DNA of 64,000 nucleotides from Candidatus Multivoradales bacterium (GTDB lineage Bacteria; Acidobacteriota; Thermoanaerobaculia; Multivoradales; JAHEKO01): NCBI GenBank assembly GCA_965223155.1, contig CBDCVR010000015.1, positions 352,001 to 416,000 of the forward strand, read 5' to 3'. Shown piece by piece: positions 10,695 to 21,671 of this stretch (position 1 is its first letter; each line of letters starts with the position of its first letter). The notes under the pieces were generated by a model. It saw only the letters and a program-made list of their open reading frames with translations, ran no database searches and was not told where the DNA came from. The position numbers and the translations under genes were made by a program.

Positions 10695-11105
10695 ATGATC
10701 GACATCAACTGGAATCCCACGAAACGCGAGCTCCGGCAGTTCTCGGTCGCACTCCTCGTCGCCTCGGGGCTGGTCGGCGGCCTCCTCTGGTGGCGGCTGG
10801 GACCCAATCCCTGGTCTCAAGCGCTCTGGATCGGCGGCCCGATCGCCTCGGTCATCGGCCTCCTGGCTCCGCCCGCGATCAAGCCCCTCTTTCTGGGCCT
10901 GACCCTTCTGGCCTTCCCCATCGGCCTGGTCATCGGCACGCTCGCCCTGGCTCTCGTCTACTACGGCATGGTCACCCCGATCGGGCTCGTCTTCCGGCTC
11001 TTCGGGCGCGATCTCATGAAGCGCAAGCCCGATCCCGAGGCCACGAGCTACTGGATCCGCCGGCCGTCCCAGGTCCCGGCCAAACGCTACTTCCAGCAGT
11101 TTTAG
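10695..11105 (+). CDS. SxtJ-family membrane protein
   Basis: ELRQF N-terminus, hydrophobic helices, TPIGLVFRLFGRD..K, SYW; directly follows the carbamoyltransferase. Confidence 0.8.
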   Translation: MIDINWNPTKRELRQFSVALLVASGLVGGLLWWRLGPNPWSQALWIGGPIASVIGLLAPPAIKPLFLGLTLLAFPIGLVIGTLALALVYYGMVTPIGLVFRLFGRDLMKRKPDPEATSYWIRRPSQVPAKRYFQQF

Positions 11106-11136
11106 CGCTAGAATCGGCAGCGGGAGAGCGAACACC

Positions 11137-11334
11137 ATGAGCCAATCCGACCGTAGCGATTTCGAGCAAGCAGCCCAAGCCGGACGGCAGAGCTTCCTGT
11201 CCGAGTTCGCCCAGTTCCTGATGGAAAACAAGAAGTGGTGGATGGTCCCGATCCTGGCGGTCCTGCTTCTGGTCGGCGTGCTGCTCATCGCCGGCGGTAG
11301 CGGCGTCGCGCCGTTCATCTACACGCTGTTCTAG
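11137..11334 (+). CDS. DUF5989/SxtK-like small single-TM protein
   Basis: FL.ENKKWWMVPI + one TM helix + GSGVAPFIYTLF; GGAGAG RBS upstream. Confidence 0.85.
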   Translation: MSQSDRSDFEQAAQAGRQSFLSEFAQFLMENKKWWMVPILAVLLLVGVLLIAGGSGVAPFIYTLF

Positions 11335-11382
11335 AGCGCCGGCCGCCGATCCTGCCGTTGGACTGGGAGGGATCCGCTCTCG

Positions 11383-13191
11383 CTACGACTGGGTCGAACC
11401 GGTCTGGAGGGCCCAAAGCTTCGCGTAGACGCCCCCGGAAGCGAGAAGCTCTTGGTGCGTGCCACGTTCCACGAGCCTGCCCGCCTCCAGCACCAAGATC
11501 TCGTCGGCTGTCGTGAGCGTCGACAGGCGGTGGGCCACGACGAGCATCGTGCGTTCGCCCTTGATCCGCTCCAGCGCCTCGTGAACCGCCCTCTCGGAGC
11601 GGCTGTCCAGGTGGCTGGTGGCTTCGTCCAGGACCAAGACGTCCGGGTCCCTCAGGATCGTGCGCGCCAAGGCAATCCTCTGGCGCTGTCCCGCTGAGAG
11701 GCGGTATCCCTGGTCGCCGACGATCGAGTCGTAGCCGTCGGCGAGGCCGAGAATGAAGTCGTGCGCGTCCGCCGCCCGGGCCGCTTCTTCGATGGCGTCG
11801 TCGGGAGCGGCCAATCGCCCAAACGCGATGTTCTCCCGAACCGACGCGTGAAAGATGAACGCGTCTTGCGTCACCACGCCGATGTGCTTCCGCCATGAGG
11901 ACCAATCCAGCTCTCCCGCCGCAACGCCGTCGACGAAGATCTCGCCCGAGGTCGGCCGGTAGAGGCCAAGCAGGAGATCCGCCACGCTCGATTTCCCCGA
12001 GCCCGATTCCCCCACCAGCCCGAGCACCTTTCCCTTGGGCAGGGTGAACGAGAGCTCGCTCAGCGCCGGCCGTTCTCCGTCTTCGTAGGAGAGCCCCACA
12101 TCGCGAAACTCGATCCCTTCCGCGAACGCCCTGATTGCCGTCCCGCCACGAGGTCGGGCTTCGAGCTCCTTGTCCTCGAGGATAGCCGCCACGTTGCGGA
12201 CGAACTGCCAGTGGTTGCTGATGTAGCCGACGCGTACGTTGACGGCTTTGGCCTTCGGCACCAACCGGTACAACGCATAGAGAAAGGCCAGGATCCGAGG
12301 CATGGCCCCGGTCGCGGCCCCTCCCATCACGACGTACCCTCCGACCAAAAAGCCCGCGACCGCCAGCACGGTCAAGGCGTCAGTCAGGGGACCGATCACA
12401 GCATGCCAGGTGAGCCCCCGAAGGCGGTACTTGACACTGTCCTGAATCGCGGCGCCGACGCGCTCGATCGCAAACCGTTCGCGTCCGAACGTGTGAACGA
12501 TCCGAAGGCCGCTCAGGAACTCGACGGTGCGGGCGCTCAACGCGACGCTCGCCTCGGTGAACTTCTTGCCCATCGCTCGGATCCTGACGAGGATCCTCTG
12601 AAACGGCTTTGCCAGAACCAGCATGACCGCGAGCGCAATGAGGCTCATCTGCCAGGAAAGAAATACCATGGCGATCGCGTACGCCACGACGAGAAAGCTG
12701 TGGCCCGCGATCACATTCAGTAGCTGGATGACGTGCCCTACGTAGTTGACCTGATCGTTATAGGACGCCAGCTCGCCAACCTTGAAGCGCATGACCTGCG
12801 CGTAGTTCACCGAAACCAGCCTCTGGAACACGCGATTCTTGAGGTCGCCTTCGACCTTGGCCTGAAGGCGCGCGGCCGCGACCCGGCTGCAGAAGGCGAG
12901 AAGGCTTACCGCAAGCTGGGCTACCACCGCGAGCGCGATCAACGCCAGGAAGGTGCGCTCTCTACCTTGCGAGGCGAAAAGTCCCGCCACAGCCTCCGTG
13001 GGCCCGGGAAGTGCCTGGAGCAGCTCGGTGGGGTCCCGTCCCGACCAGACGTTGAGAGCCAGCACGAGAACGCCGACCGTGCCGCCCTCGAAGACCATGG
13101 CGACGGCGCTCGAAACCACGGCGACGGCCGCCAGGCGCCAGCGGCGCTTCAACGCGCCAACGAGGAAGCGCTTTGCTGATCCGTCTCGCAT
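11383..13191 (-). CDS. ABC transporter permease/ATP-binding protein (MsbA/PglK/HepA-type glycan exporter)
   Basis: TM domain + GESGSGKS, LSAGQRQRIALAR, LVLDEATS; start reassigned to ATG at 13191 because the longer ORF overlaps the upstream gene. Confidence 0.9.
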   Translation of the reverse strand: MRDGSAKRFLVGALKRRWRLAAVAVVSSAVAMVFEGGTVGVLVLALNVWSGRDPTELLQALPGPTEAVAGLFASQGRERTFLALIALAVVAQLAVSLLAFCSRVAAARLQAKVEGDLKNRVFQRLVSVNYAQVMRFKVGELASYNDQVNYVGHVIQLLNVIAGHSFLVVAYAIAMVFLSWQMSLIALAVMLVLAKPFQRILVRIRAMGKKFTEASVALSARTVEFLSGLRIVHTFGRERFAIERVGAAIQDSVKYRLRGLTWHAVIGPLTDALTVLAVAGFLVGGYVVMGGAATGAMPRILAFLYALYRLVPKAKAVNVRVGYISNHWQFVRNVAAILEDKELEARPRGGTAIRAFAEGIEFRDVGLSYEDGERPALSELSFTLPKGKVLGLVGESGSGKSSVADLLLGLYRPTSGEIFVDGVAAGELDWSSWRKHIGVVTQDAFIFHASVRENIAFGRLAAPDDAIEEAARAADAHDFILGLADGYDSIVGDQGYRLSAGQRQRIALARTILRDPDVLVLDEATSHLDSRSERAVHEALERIKGERTMLVVAHRLSTLTTADEILVLEAGRLVERGTHQELLASGGVYAKLWALQTGSTQS

Positions 13192-13259
13192 GTACAAGAA
13201 AGCAGCCGGCGTACCGCGGGGCCCTCGCGCGTGCCCGCCCCCCGATCGGCGGTGCGCGC

Positions 13260-14039
13260 CTAGGTTTGCTCGATAGCTGGCTTCACCCCGACGCCGATCA
13301 GGTTCTTGCCGCGGACGATTGGAAATGGAAGATGCATGGTTCGTTTGACGAACTGCCGATACGCCCACCATAGGAACCGATCGAAGACCAAGCGAACGAG
13401 CCAGCGCGGATCCTCTCCAAAGTCTCCATAGACCCGGTCGATTTCGAAGTCCGTGGCCCTCAGCGCTTGCGACAGGCTCTCGACCGAGAAACCGATCCCA
13501 TGGGTCATGTCCGCATACCGCGTCCGCAGGTTCAGGGGATTGCTCATGTTCGGAACCCGAGTGATCACGCGGCCACCCGGACGCAGCGCGCTCCGGCACC
13601 CTCGCAGAACCTCCATGGCGTAGTCCTTCGTCATGTGCTCGAGAACGTCGCTCATCACGATCGCGTCAAAGAACTCCGACGACTGGCGCAGAAACTCCGC
13701 GCCGTCCACGCACTCGGCATCGAGTCCACGGCTGGTGCAGTACTCCACCTGCTGGCGGGAGGCGTCGATCCCCTTGAGCGCGCCGTATCCGGCACGAGCG
13801 GCGGCCTGCAGAAAGGCGCCGTTCCCACAACCGATCTCGAGGATCCGTGCCGAACGATCCTCGGGAAGGAGGCCAACAAGCGAACGACCCTGGGCGCCGA
13901 TCGAGCGCTCGTAGCCTTCATCCGACAGATCGTTCAGATACCGGTATTGGCTCTCGACATAGGAGTCGTAGAAGTCGCGGCGGACGTCGTCCAGTTCAAC
14001 TCCTTCACGCCGTTGACTTTCGCTTGTGGTGACTGTCAT
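13260..14039 (-). CDS. Class I SAM-dependent methyltransferase
   Basis: ILEIGCGNG, GIDAS, FDAIVMSDVLEH, LRPGG. Confidence 0.9.
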   Translation of the reverse strand: MTVTTSESQRREGVELDDVRRDFYDSYVESQYRYLNDLSDEGYERSIGAQGRSLVGLLPEDRSARILEIGCGNGAFLQAAARAGYGALKGIDASRQQVEYCTSRGLDAECVDGAEFLRQSSEFFDAIVMSDVLEHMTKDYAMEVLRGCRSALRPGGRVITRVPNMSNPLNLRTRYADMTHGIGFSVESLSQALRATDFEIDRVYGDFGEDPRWLVRLVFDRFLWWAYRQFVKRTMHLPFPIVRGKNLIGVGVKPAIEQT

Positions 14040-14119
14040 TCTGCCCGTTCCTCATTGGTTCCCGCGGCGATTCTCGTTCCGCGACACCTCGTCACGACTC
14101 TTCGACTCTCGTCGTCGTC

Positions 14120-15031
14120 ATGCCCTTCCAGCACCGCAGCTCCTGTCCACTTTGCGCCGCCGGAGGAACCGGGGTTCTCTTCTCAACGCCGTACTCGGGC
14201 CCGGACCTCACCGGGTTTCTGGCATCTTACTACCAGAGCCGGCTGCCTCTCGACACCGTCCAAGGCATCGACTACGTCCTGAACCGATGCCATCGCTGTC
14301 GATTCGTGTGGCAACCGAATTGCCTCGACCCTGTCGCGGCGCAGCGCCTCTACTCCGAGTGGATCAGTCCCGCCGACAGCCTGGCCGCCAAGAATCGAGC
14401 CGGCGTGGCTGTCTATTCCGGCTACGCCCGGCAGCTCGAGGCCCTGCCCGGCCGGCTGGGCAAGCCGGCCCACGAGATCCGGGTCCTGGACTTCGGCATG
14501 GGCTGGGGGCGTTGGTGCCAGATGGCCCTGGCGCTCGGCTTCGACGCCTGCGGGATCGAAGCCTCCCCCGAGCGCGTGCGGCACGCCCGGGAGCGGGGCA
14601 TCCCGGCCTTCGCAGACGTCCCCTCCCTTGGGGAGCAACGCTTCGACTTCATCAATGCCGAACAGGTCTTCGAGCACCTGGACGATCCGCTCGGCGTACT
14701 GCGTCAGTTGGCGGGCCTGCTCGGTCCCGGCGGCCTCGTGCGCATCTCGGTTCCAAACGCCACGCCGGATCTCAAGCGAGCGCGGCGAGGCGGGTGGCGG
14801 CCCGCGAAGAACGCTCTCCAGCCGCTCGAGCACATCAACTGCTTCACCAACTCGACGCTCAAGTTCCTGGGCCGCCAGGCCGGCCTCGTGGCCGCGCGGC
14901 AGCCCTTCCTGCCCGGCCAGGGCCTGCTGGGAAAGTCCTTCCGGCGCGGGCTGGCTCCGTACCTCAAGAGCCTCGTCGGCGTTCCCTACCGCTCCTGGTT
15001 CGGGACCACGCTCTGGTTCGAGCGCGCCTGA
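14120..15031 (+). CDS. Class I SAM-dependent methyltransferase with N-terminal Zn-ribbon
   Basis: CPLC...CHRC; VLDFGMGWG, FDFINAEQVFEHL, EHINCF. Confidence 0.85.
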   Translation: MPFQHRSSCPLCAAGGTGVLFSTPYSGPDLTGFLASYYQSRLPLDTVQGIDYVLNRCHRCRFVWQPNCLDPVAAQRLYSEWISPADSLAAKNRAGVAVYSGYARQLEALPGRLGKPAHEIRVLDFGMGWGRWCQMALALGFDACGIEASPERVRHARERGIPAFADVPSLGEQRFDFINAEQVFEHLDDPLGVLRQLAGLLGPGGLVRISVPNATPDLKRARRGGWRPAKNALQPLEHINCFTNSTLKFLGRQAGLVAARQPFLPGQGLLGKSFRRGLAPYLKSLVGVPYRSWFGTTLWFERA

Positions 15032-15271
15032 GTCGGCTTCCTGAATCGTCCAGCCCGAACACCAGCCGCCGCGGGTTCGAAGCGGCCGGGCGTCAAGGCC
15101 GCTCCGGCACCGGCCACCAAAGCCAGCCTAGTTCTCGCGCAGGGCGGTCAGAGCGGACGGCGCCTACGGCCTTCGAGCGGCGGCCTCGTCCGCTTTCTGG
15201 CGCCTTCTGGCGCCTTCCCTGCTGAGCCGGCTCGGTTCCACCTTCCAATGGCTCCGAGAGTTTCACTCCAC

Positions 15272-15303
15272 AAGAAAAACGGCCCGGGTTGCCCCGGGCC
15301 GTT
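15272..15303 (-). terminator. Rho-independent terminator of groEL
   Basis: Hairpin aacggcccggg-ttgc-cccgggccgtt followed by a T-run on the minus strand, about 26 nt after the groEL stop. Confidence 0.85.
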
Positions 15304-15329
15304 CGAGATGCTGATGCGTTGAGCGCGGA

Positions 15330-16985
<1,656 letters not shown>

Positions 16986-17011
16986 CTATTCCTCCTGTGT
17001 CAGCCTTCGGC

Positions 17012-17305
<294 letters not shown>

Positions 17306-17381
17306 TAGAAAACTCCTCCTCCATGGTTCGTACGAACCGTTTGATTTGGGATGACTTCGCTCGATCGGGGCGGAGCGCTTG

Positions 17382-17408
17382 TTAGCACTCGGCCCGGACG
17401 AGTGCCAA
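17382..17408. promoter_or_regulatory. CIRCE operator (HrcA binding site)
   Basis: TTAGCACTC-ggcccggac-GAGTGCCAA, one mismatch to TTAGCACTC-N9-GAGTGCTAA, upstream of groES. Confidence 0.95.
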
Positions 17409-17436
17409 TCGTAGCCGCAGGCCGCAGGGGTGTCAA
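17408..17436 (-). promoter_or_regulatory. sigma70-type promoter of groESL
   Basis: TTGACA-N17-TACGAT on the minus strand, abutting CIRCE. Confidence 0.85.
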
Positions 17437-17988
17437 GAGGGGTGGGCTGAGGGAGTGGCCTGGGAAGGAACCCGCGGGCCGCCGCGGGCCGCTCTTTCGA
17501 GAAGCCTTTCCGGGAAATAGCCGGACCGGCGGCTCGACAAGGGCGGGCCCCCGCGGCCGGGCACTGAAAGGATTCTGGATCTTGCGGCACCGGGCCAGAG
17601 TCGGGCCCAAGATCCACCCAAACCGGCCAAGATCGGCCGGATCGAGCCTAACTGGCCGGCGAACTCTCGACAAAATTTGTCGCAACCCTGTGATAGCGTT
17701 GTCACACTTCGCGAGTCACGCGGTTCCAGGCCGCAGCCCAGCGGCCGTTTCCTGATGGGAGGAAAGCGAATGGGACATCGACTCTGTCCAGGCTCTCGGA
17801 CCGCCGGCCGGCCCGGCGGCTACTGGACAACTCCACGCCACGCTGGCAAGTGGCGAACCGTCAGCCTTGCGCTGCGAGGCCGGCTGTCCTTGCGTGTCCT
17901 TCAGACTCGCGGACCGAAGAGTCCAAATCTCAGAACGACATCGGTCCACGCCAAGCAAGCGACGGCCGCAGGGCCAGGAACCAACACC

Positions 17989-18108
17989 ATGACCAGAACC
18001 GCGACCGTCGCCTCATATGCCCTTCTCGCGATCCTGAGCGCGGGCGCCACCCTCGCCCAGGACGGCAACGTGGGCACCAGCACGAAAAGCTCGGCCGAAA
18101 AGCACTGA
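17989..18108 (+). CDS. Short signal-peptide-only ORF (39 aa), possibly a relic of a fibre-like gene
   Basis: MTRTATVASYALLAILSAGATLA|QDGNVGTS; AGGA upstream; ends 14 nt before the next gene. Confidence 0.35.
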   Translation: MTRTATVASYALLAILSAGATLAQDGNVGTSTKSSAEKH

Positions 18109-18122
18109 CCACGGAGGATCCC

Positions 18123-18833
18123 ATGCCGCACCACCGAAACCATCTGCTTCTCCTGCTCGCTGTTCTTCTCTTCGGCCCGGCCACGAGCCACGCCGAAGAC
18201 GCGCTCACCGTGACAGCCTCCGGCGACGTCGGAATCGGCGTCAGCCAACCCGCTGACACACTCCATCTTCGCGGTGACGACGGAACGACGCGTCTCCTGG
18301 TCCAGGAGGTGAGCTCGACCTTTGCGGAGCGGGTCCTGATGAACCTCTCGAACAACGGACCCGTGCGCTTCAACATCTCTGACAGCTCGTCGGGAGCGAC
18401 TTGGGCCTTCAAGACCGCCGGGGCCGGAATGCCGTTCTTCGACATCTCCAAAGACGGGACCGGGGTCGCTGAGCTCCGCATCGATGCGACCACCGGCAAT
18501 CTGACAATTCAAGGGGACGTCATCACCGCGAGCTGTCCCTCCGGATGCGGAGCGGACTACGTCTTCGAGCCGGGATACCCACTGCGTGCCCTGGACGAAC
18601 TGGCGGCCTTCATCAAGAGCCGCGGCCATCTTCCCAACATTCCGTCGGCCGCCGAGATGGAACGCGACGGCCTCAACGTCACCCAGCTGGCCGTGCGCCT
18701 CCTCGAAAAAGTCGAGGAGCTCACCCTCTACACCCTGGAGCAAGAAGCCAAGATCGAGAAGCTCCAGAAGCAAGCCGCAAGACTGGACGAGCTCGAAGCG
18801 CTCGTGCGGACCTTGTCATCCCGAGAACAATGA
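18123..18833 (+). CDS. Secreted fibre-like protein 1 (GxVGIG repeat + C-terminal DYVFEPxY/coiled-coil domain)
   Basis: GGAGG RBS; signal peptide ending ATSHA; GDVGIG; ADYVFEPGY..HLPNIPSA..LLEKVEELTLYTLEQ. Confidence 0.8.
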   Translation: MPHHRNHLLLLLAVLLFGPATSHAEDALTVTASGDVGIGVSQPADTLHLRGDDGTTRLLVQEVSSTFAERVLMNLSNNGPVRFNISDSSSGATWAFKTAGAGMPFFDISKDGTGVAELRIDATTGNLTIQGDVITASCPSGCGADYVFEPGYPLRALDELAAFIKSRGHLPNIPSAAEMERDGLNVTQLAVRLLEKVEELTLYTLEQEAKIEKLQKQAARLDELEALVRTLSSREQ

Positions 18834-18859
18834 CGGCTGTATCTTCGAAGGAGAACGCC

Positions 18860-20319
18860 ATGAAGAAGTGGTTGGTTTGTCTAGCAGTTGCGATTCTTGC
18901 ATTCGGCGACACCGCTTGGGCTCGAGAGGACCAGATCGGCGCCCGCGGCTTCTCTCCCGAGAAGGCCTTCCAACTCGGGGAGGTTGATAACGTCAACCTC
19001 TTCAACGGTGCGCTGACGGCCACCATCCCGATCGGCCAGCAGTACCCGGTCTCGGAAGCCCTTTCGTACGGCTTCACGGTCGTCCATAGCTCGCTCGCTT
19101 GGGACCTCGAAGAAGACGTGGTGGACCTCGGCGGAGCCAACTACCTGGACGTCACGCGTCCCTTCCCTAGCCACCTCTGGAACGTCGGCATGGGCTGGTC
19201 GCTGTCTTTAGGTCTCCTCTACCCACCCCAGGATCCGACGCCGAACCCGACACTCGGACCGACAGCCGACAATCCGAACGACTCCGACCTCTGGCTCTAT
19301 GTCAGCCCGGACTCGGCCAAGCACTACCTCTACGATTCGCTCCACGACAACGACGTCGACGACGGCTCGAACGACACCAGCTACACGCGAGACAACACGT
19401 ATCTGCGCATCATCCACGACGCGAACGCCTCCACGCGCACAGTCGAATTCCCCGACGGCCAGAAGCACGTCTTCAAGCAGAGTCCGGGACTCCACTGGCG
19501 CCCCACCAGGTTCGAGGACACCAGCGGCAACCACGTCGATATTGCGTACACCGACGGTGGCTCGGCCTCGACTTGGCAGATCACAGACATGCACGGCCGC
19601 TCGCACACCTTCCAGTTTGCCCAAGAAGAAGGCCTGGCTCGCCACCAGCTTCAGTCCGCCGACCTGGCGGCCTTTGGAGGAGGTCGAGCGCTCTACAGCT
19701 TCTCGTACCAGGACGAGAGTCTTACACAGTGCTATCGACACACTGACCCTACGATCGATCCAAAGCCCTCCATGGACGTGGCTCTTCTGACCCAAATCAC
19801 GCAACCCGACGGCTCGACTTGGACGATGCTCGACGGCGGCAATCCTGCCTACGGGACCGACTGCGAAACCCCGGGCGGCCTACCCGGGGCGCTCAACCAC
19901 CTGGTCGTACCGACCGCGGGCGCGATCGACTGGACCTACGGCACCTGGAGGGTCCCGGCCGACAATCAGCCTCGCTTCGTGGGGGTTTCGGGGGTCGTCG
20001 TCAAGGCGCTGACCGACGTCGACGGCAGCCCGCTCGGAGTCTGGAAGTACCGCAACGAGCTCTTCCCGCCACAGCCCTACTGCGATCCGCCCCAGCCAGG
20101 CTGCCCGCAGTTCCCCACCGAGACGCGCACCGTCGTCGCCGCTCCCGACGATGCCTTCTGCACGATCCACTACTTTGACGCTGACCCCATCGCCGGCTTC
20201 GCCAACGGCTGGTCCATGGGTCTTCCGTTCTCCCGGCAAAACGCCCTCGAGGATCTCTTCCTGTCCAAGGAGACCTACGAAGCGGTCGGCTCGACCACGG
20301 TCCCCCCCTTTGAGGTTCC
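18860..20319 (+). pseudogene. Secreted RHS/YD-repeat-like protein, N-terminal ~480 aa only (truncated)
   Basis: AGGAG RBS; signal peptide; DNVNLFNGALTATIP, YVSPDSAKH, EDTSGNHVDIAY, ITDMHGRSHTF, LLTQITQPDG; no RHS core or toxin tip before the IS. Confidence 0.65.
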
Positions 20320-20412
20320 AGATGAGATGAGTCGGTCGGTCTCCAGCTGGGACACTGTGCCAGTTGGAGATAACCAAGGAATCGGCATCAGAGCCGAGAA
20401 AGGAGACCGACC

Positions 20413-21426
20413 ATGGAGTATGTTGGCATTGATGTTCACTCGAAGTACAGCGAGGTTTGCGGGATATCGGAAGAGGGGGAAGTGACGCTTCGCCGGCGGA
20501 TTCCGACTACGGAGACAGCCTTGCGCCGGTTCTTCGGTTGTCGTGAGCAGTCGCAGGTGACGCTCGAAAGCGGCCCGGTGACTCCTTGGGTGTACCGGTT
20601 GCTGTGTGAGCTGGGACACGAGGTGACGGTAGTCAACCCGCGGCGGGTGCGGCTGATCGCGGAGTCGACATTGAAGACCGACGGAATCGACGCCGAGGTG
20701 TTGGCTCGATTGAGCCGGTTGGATCTCGACCTCCTGCGTCCCGTGTACCAGCGTACGCGTGAGGCCCAGGAGCTTCGGGCCAGGCTTCGCGTACGTACGA
20801 GCCTGGTCAAAGCCAGGACATCGTTGATCAACGCGGTGCGTGGAACGTTGCGAGCTCAAGGGTACCGAGTGCCATCGTGCCCGGCCAAGAGCTTCGTCGT
20901 GCGCTACGCATCGATGGGTCTCGACAGTTCTCTTGCGGAAACGATCGATCCTCTGGTGACGACGATCGGCGAGTTGACGGATCGGATCAACCGGCTCGAG
21001 AAGGAGCTCGTAGCCGAGTCGAGCTCAAACGAGCTGTTGGTGCGGCTTCAGACGGTCCCTGGGGTGGGCCCCTTGGTGAGCTTGGCCTTCCTGGGTTGGA
21101 TGGATCGCCCGGATCGGTTCAGAAAGAGTCGAGACGTGGGTGCGTGTTTGGGCTTGAGACCGTCGCTTCGAAGCTCAGGAGGACACGAGATCCGAGGCCG
21201 GATCACACGGGAGGGCGACGCCGAGATGCGAAGGCTTCTGGTTCAAGCGGCTCATGCGGCGTTGAACTGTCGCAAAGAGTCGTCGCTCAAGAACTGGGCT
21301 GAGAGCTTGGTCGAGAGGCTCGGCAAGGGCAAGGCCGTCGTGGCCCTAGCGAGGAAGATCGCAGTGTTGCTCCATCGGCTATGGGTAACGGGCGATACTT
21401 TCCGGGCGTTCCCCCAGGCGGTGTAG
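20413..21426 (+). CDS. IS110-family DEDD recombinase/transposase
   Basis: YVGIDVH, LESG, KTDGIDA, LQTVPGVG, GLRPSLRSSG, ITREG, ALARKIA. Confidence 0.95.
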   Translation: MEYVGIDVHSKYSEVCGISEEGEVTLRRRIPTTETALRRFFGCREQSQVTLESGPVTPWVYRLLCELGHEVTVVNPRRVRLIAESTLKTDGIDAEVLARLSRLDLDLLRPVYQRTREAQELRARLRVRTSLVKARTSLINAVRGTLRAQGYRVPSCPAKSFVVRYASMGLDSSLAETIDPLVTTIGELTDRINRLEKELVAESSSNELLVRLQTVPGVGPLVSLAFLGWMDRPDRFRKSRDVGACLGLRPSLRSSGGHEIRGRITREGDAEMRRLLVQAAHAALNCRKESSLKNWAESLVERLGKGKAVVALARKIAVLLHRLWVTGDTFRAFPQAV

Positions 21427-21671
21427 AGCCTAGAGAACATCAGGTCGCACCAGAAAGGAAGGACGGATTGAAAGTTTCGATGACTCCGAGAAAAGGGTTG
21501 GAGGCCAGGACTCCGCGTGCCAGATGGGAGCATCGAATCCTCAACGGACGAAAAACTCACCATGCACCGGTCCAAGAAAGGACCCGCCAGAGTGCGAATA
21601 GAAGCTCGTCCTGAGGCTCCATCCGAGACCCGAAACACATGGGGAGACGATGACAGACACCTTGACCGAAA
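21427..21671 (+). ncRNA. Putative bridge/seek RNA region of the IS1111-type element
   Basis: About 245-nt non-coding region with two stem-internal-loop modules; the first loop contains segments matching the element's flanks; exact RNA ends unknown. Confidence 0.7.

Noticed and set aside
8843-11334. Saxitoxin biosynthesis cluster (sxtI/J/K-like genes)
   Set aside because: No sxtA, sxtG or other core genes; the context is glycan biosynthesis
15040-15240. GC-rich intergenic stretch with short repeats (ttctggcgcc x2) as a REP, CRISPR or ncRNA
   Set aside because: No regular repeat-spacer pattern or recurring unit elsewhere in the window
18545-20485. 646-aa ORF as listed in the track
   Set aside because: The real start is ATG 18860 (RBS and signal peptide), and the last ~55 codons are read-through into the IS110 left end
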